From: Lama glama
Lineage: Eukaryota
Direction of reading: 5' to 3'
Length of the DNA stretch: 64,000 nt
Assembly (NCBI GenBank): GCA_028534125.1
Contig: CM052816.1
Location: 14,944,001-15,008,000 of the forward strand
How positions within the stretch are numbered: the stretch's first letter is position 1; every line of letters starts with the position of its first letter. The notes below the pieces were generated by a model. The model worked only from the letters and a program-made list of their open reading frames with translations. It did not search any database and was not told where the DNA came from. Positions 59,136 through 64,000 of this stretch are shown here, one piece after another. A program made the position numbers and the translations under genes.

Positions 59136-60947
59136 ATATTTGCTGTTAACAGTATTATTTCTCTCTCCCTCTCTGTCTTGAATTTATTTCAGTGTATATA
59201 CTTTTATAAAGTCACAAAAGTAGCACATGCCGATTTAAAGACACCAAGAAGCATATAATCAGAAAGAGGATATCAGCCTTCATCTTACTATTAAAAAATA
59301 AACGTAGTTAAGATTTTTGGTGTATTTCCTTCTAGCCTTTTTTCTTTGTAATTTACATAGCAAAGTTCTCAGCTCATTGTACTAGCTAAAAAATGTTGGT
59401 TGAATGAATGAAGTGTATACATAATGACTTTTGCCTTTTAGTGACAATTTTATTAGTGGATACAGTGTAGGTTCATTAATCATTATTGCATCATCAATAA
59501 TAAAAATAGAATGAAGATCGTAATGCATAAAGCTTTGTCTATATGTAATTTCCAGAAATGGATAAAAGGCTTGGAACATATTTAAAGCTTTGAGTAACAC
59601 AGTGATAAACTGCTGAATTTTGTCAGGCCCCAATAAGCAGTACCCCTCTTTATGGCCAATATCTAACACAATGGAGATCTAAAACAAAGAGGAAGATAAA
59701 TGGAGACTAAAATATCATCTTTATCACTGTTAAATATGATATTAGGGGATGTGCTTATATCTTCAGGAAAATATGTTTTCTGTTCTGATCTCCAGAACTC
59801 AACCTGGGTGGTGGGCCTCTCCCTCCACCAGCAGGACTGGAGTAGAACATAGACTCTGGATGAGGAGTTTGATACACAAGGATGAAGCAGGACCAGGAAT
59901 GGTCTCTCCAGTTTACCCTTTCAAACCCTCTTATCAGGTAAGTCTTTTCCCCTGAGAAGGAGTCCGGACCAACTCATTAGAGCTCCCCTAGAATGGAGAG
60001 AGGAGTAGAGAAAAAGTGTCACCTCACATCTTTGTAAAGATCAGAAATTACGGATTTTTTTTAAAAATCAATAATTCAGTAGGTGACAAATGGTATCTAA
60101 TTGTTTCATCTTTTGCCTTTGATTATTAATGAGGTTGAACAGTTGAAGATTTTCCAAAATATTTTTAAATTCCCTGGACTGTTAGCAGCTGTTGGAGCCT
60201 GAGCACTCTTCTTACCAATTTGGATGATCTCCTTCTACAAAAAAAAAGGATCCTGCATTATATTTTCTGTGAATATTTTTGGTAGTCCAATTGCTTTAAC
60301 TTAGGGATTTAAAATAAATTTATATAATAAAATCTGTTTTTTGTGCTTTAATTTCTTGCTTTTAATAGATATGTGCCTTTGTTTTACTGTAGTTCTTCTA
60401 TGGTTTAGGTTATATTTAACTCTTTAATCCAAATGGAATTTAGGTTCCGTTGTAGAGCGTGGGTGAAAATCTGCCCGCCTTCAGCCCACCTCCATCTCCC
60501 AGTTTTCTTCTCTTAGCCCTCTTATCCTGCTCCACAGGGAAGCAAAGAGGGCAACAAGTGGAAAAGAATACAGAATTGTGTGATTTTTGCTTTCTTAGAA
60601 GAGAGTAATTATCTCAGCAAGTGGCCAACTCTTCCTGGACACCTTCTTCTCCTGACTAGTGGTCTAAAATGTGCAGTTTTCTTGAAATTAAATTAAAAGT
60701 GACTTTGAAAGTATCCAGTAGAAATCCTTGAACTATAAGGAGGGAAATGTCAATTTAACTTACTTTTCAAGCATGCAAATATGAGAAAAGCGTATGTCCC
60801 ATACGAAATGCACTGAATGGGAAAAATTAAATTTTAACCCAACTAAACATTAGGTAGACTCACTTTATGTAAATTGACTTTTTGTAGTTTGTTGACTTTC
60901 AGTTGTTATTGAGAGTTTCAACCATTAACCCGACTCTCACTGCAAAC

Positions 60948-61128
60948 AGGAGGAGGAAAGGGTTTAACTAAGGTAATAAAAGGAAAAGGAAGGAAAAGAG
61001 GAGAGGAAAAATATGGTAAGGAAAAAAAGCGGTGAGGAGGAGTAGAAAAGGATCAAGGGGGAAGAGAAAGAGCAAGAGAAAGAAAATGAATTGGAGAGTT
61101 GGGAGGAGGGAGAAAGAAAAAACAGAAA
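60948..61128. repeat. GA-rich low-complexity tract
   Basis: Strongly purine-biased on the + strand. Confidence 0.7.
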
Positions 61129-61286
61129 TTGATTCTCAAGTCATTCAAAATGGGCTCAGGTGCCATACTGTCAGCTTATAAAAACAAAGGGTCACATTTA
61201 TTAATTTAAGTGTTTCCTCTGTGCCTGACTTTGTTCTGAGATCTTTACACATATTATCTCTTTTAACCTCAAGTTAGCTCTCCGGA

Positions 61287-61840
61287 TGTATGATTAGACC
61301 TAAGCGTCTAAATTGCTTTTGTTGGTGTTATTAAATCTCAAGTAGCCTTGAGTCTCATAAGTTGATTCATCTTGAACAACACAGATTTTAAAACGTACAC
61401 TTATTTTCCTTTCCTACTGACCCTTGTATGTCTTAGGGTTATAGATAAAGACTAGCTAACTAGGAGAAAATTAATCTTGCTTTCTTAAGAATTCTAGAGA
61501 CTGGCCCTAAGGAGGTGGGAGCAGACCGACCATGGAGTAGAAGAGTAATTGCATGTAAAGCCATCAAGATGACGCTGACCAGACCACCACATGACCAGTC
61601 TGGAGATGATTTTTGGAGCTGGCTGTGTTGTTCTGCATGGAGCCCTACCACCTGAACGCCCCCGAAACTCCCATTTAAAACCTTTGTCCTCTAACTGGCA
61701 CCTTGGAAATGATCTTAAGACCATAGTCCACCATCTTCTCAGGTTGCCGGCCTTTTGAATAAAGCAACTTTTTCTTTTCCAACATGTCTTTCAAGTACTG
61801 GCCTTTCCAATGGCAAGCAGCCAAATGGGTTCAGTACCAG
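61287..61840 (+). mobile_element. Solo ERV1-type LTR
   Basis: TTTAAAA TATA-like box at ~61675; CATCTTCTCAGGTTGCCGGCC...TGAATAAAGC poly(A) region; ends GGGTTCAGTACCA. Confidence 0.7.
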
Positions 61841-62373
61841 CCTCGTCCAATTACACTAAGGCCCGCACAGAACACGCTCCAGGTCTGCTACTTGGAGAGT
61901 TAGTCAAACTTCTATCAATGTGTCCAGAGAAAACAGGCACAATGACATGTGGGCTTCTTTTCAGAAAAATGGAAGACAAAGTCTTGCATGCTCTAGTTTG
62001 GTCTCCAGTCACTATGAGGCCTGAAGGGTGGAGCTCTGGAAGCAAGGCAACTAGCCCACTGTACGGGATGGTTTCTAAGCTCCTGATCCAGCAAGCCCGC
62101 TGGGACACAGGTCTAATGCACTATGTTCCCTCAACTGAAATGTCAAGTCTGCATTTATTACAGTAATTATCCATTGCACAAATATATGGACTAAACATTG
62201 ATTCTGAGATCACACATTGTAATCTACCTAATACATCTACTGGGTCAAATAACACCATCAATTTTTCACACTGTTTTAAAGCCAAATTTGCTTCTCAGAT
62301 ACTTAAAGGCATCTTGTTTTCTGGTAAATAATTGACACCGGTTTTGTGCCGGTCTCAGCCTATCAATAACCAA

Positions 62374-62829
62374 TGTTGTGGTAGGACTGGCCCTTATGGT
62401 TATTATGACTGCAAGACACCCTCAGCAATTAACCATCAGGGAAAAGAAAGAAAAAGTTGACTACTTACAGCTCTTGTAAATTGCACGGCTCACCTGTGGC
62501 CACACAGCGAGATTGAGGGGAGAGAGAGAGAAAGCCCACGGGTACCCTAGGGTTCTGCTCTTATTGGAGTCGAGGGTGGGGACCTAGGGTTTCTGGGCTC
62601 GCTCTTTATTGGTGAATTTAAAACATATGGGAGAGAATTGAAAGCGTGTGGGTGGGGAAAAGAGAGGCTCAAATGGTCAATTGTTGAAATTGACCAAGAT
62701 CTCTAAAACAAAAGAGATGGGGGTGGCTGGCTCTTTATCCAGTCAAGTGCCTGCCACTGTTGTTTATCTGGGACAGGCCATCTTTGAAGTGAATGCCTCA
62801 GCAATCAAAGATTAAGTCAGGCACTTGCA
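62374..62829 (-). mobile_element. Solo LTR (ERVL/ERV1, subfamily not resolved)
   Basis: TG...CA termini; repeated CTTTATTGG-like motifs (CCAAT boxes on the minus strand); GGCCACACAGCGAG motif of MER73/74-like LTRs. Confidence 0.55.
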
Positions 62830-62964
62830 CTAGAAAAAGAAAAGCCAAATGTCTCATTTATACGACAACCCCCAAAGCAGACCAGTCAAATCATAATGTT
62901 CTGATAGAAGACATGGGAAAAAAAATGTGCAACTTTATGGTAATCAAAGAAATACAAGTTATAC

Positions 62965-63145
62965 TAAGTACTGTATATAAAATAGTATACCGTATAGCAC
63001 ATGGAACTATATTCAGTATCTTGTAGTAACCTATAATGAAAAAGAATATGAAAAGGAATATATGTATGTATATGCACGACTCAAATATTATGCTGTACAC
63101 CAGAAGTTGACACATTGTAACTGACTATACTTCAGTTAAGAAAAA
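62965..63145 (+). mobile_element. Camelid-type L1 3' end
   Basis: GTATAGCACATGGAACTATATTCAGTATCTTG...CTGACTATACTTCAG plus A tail. Confidence 0.8.
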
Positions 63146-63786
63146 GAACATCTAAATATCAGGAAGAAAAAGGAAAAAAAATCAGTAAAGAGCAAACAAA
63201 ACAAAACAAATTAAACCACAATGCTTTGCTTATCATATTTTCAAAGATGAGAATGACTGATAATATCTAGTGTTAGCAAGGTGTAGAAATTCTCATCAAC
63301 TCTTGGTGGGCGCACACTGCATTTCCAGGGGCCAATTTTGTAGTATGTATAAAAAGTTTAATGTGCATATTTTTTACTTAGTAGTTCCACTTTTTGGAAC
63401 TTATCCAGAAGGAACATTGGACAGTATGTCAAGTGTGGTAAAGAATGATCGTTACAGGACTGTTAACAGTAGTAAAACTTCAGAAAACTTTTAATAGATC
63501 TTAACAAAGACTGGCTAAGTAAATTATAGTGTAACCATACCATGCAATATGTGCAAATAATTTAACAGATTCATATTTATGTAGGAAAAAGCAAGTTACA
63601 GAAAGTACGATCCTTTAAAATATATGTACATATTTACAGGAAAAAATACATCTCTTAATGCTCCCTCCTATGCAAAGAAAACTCAGTCACTCTTACCTTT
63701 TCTGTATCCCTTTATGCACGCTGCCTCACAGGACTGCAGTGATTCATCTGGTTGGCAATGTTGGGGAGAATAAACAGTTAATACCA

Positions 63787-64000
63787 TTACGGAACCACAC
63801 TTGGGTCCGCTTGGTGACACACAGTAGAGCCAGTCTACGGACACCAGGTTGTGATGAAGGAAAACGCAGTGTTTGGTAGAGTCCAGGCGATTCATGCGCA
63901 AAAGACCAAGCTAGATGGGTTTCAGGGAAGAGTTTTTAAAGGCCAGGTGAGGGAGGGGCGTTGCAGTGCACGTGATCACCTCGTGCACAGTTCTCTGATT
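63787..64000 (-). mobile_element. ERV1-type LTR, cut by the window edge
   Basis: CTTGGGTCCGC...GACACCAGGTTGTGATGAAGGAAA...GGGTTTCAGGGAAGAGTTTTTAAAGGC...GTGCACAGTTCTCTGATT resembles laurasiatherian ERV1 LTRs. Confidence 0.65.

Noticed and set aside
61810..62166. 118-aa ORF starting in an LTR, with an overlapping antisense ORF
   Set aside because: No recognisable homology or domain, and its length is within chance expectation

Overview
Mammalian DNA, almost certainly camelid: it carries four tRNA-derived Vic-1-type SINEs and young lineage-specific L1 3' ends. The window covers the boundary between the clustered protocadherin alpha and beta gene clusters, shown in reverse orientation. The only credible protein-coding gene is single-exon PCDHB1 (minus strand, 19326-21782, 818 aa). 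About 19 kb upstream of it is a ~4 kb repeat-free block with two same-orientation CTCF motifs ~1 kb apart, a gapped REST/NRSE site, and ETS, RFX and AP-1 motifs. This matches the known HS5-1 enhancer of the Pcdh-alpha cluster. Most of the remainder is nested L1, L2, MIR, MaLR/ERV LTRs and SINEs, including a truncated ERV1 provirus with gag remnants and a tRNA-Arg primer-binding site, plus two 100-N assembly gaps. I found no evidence of a new multi-gene system. The best unexplained structures are: a GC-rich satellite-like array with long/short higher-order units 2.5 kb upstream of PCDHB1; an LTR-derived poly(A) retrocopy with a target-site duplication (TSD); a 70-bp templated copy of an L1 junction; a ~10 kb nested insertion stack separating PCDHB1 from HS5-1; and extra CTCF-like motifs. 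Repeat subfamily names and boundaries were assigned by eye and are approximate.
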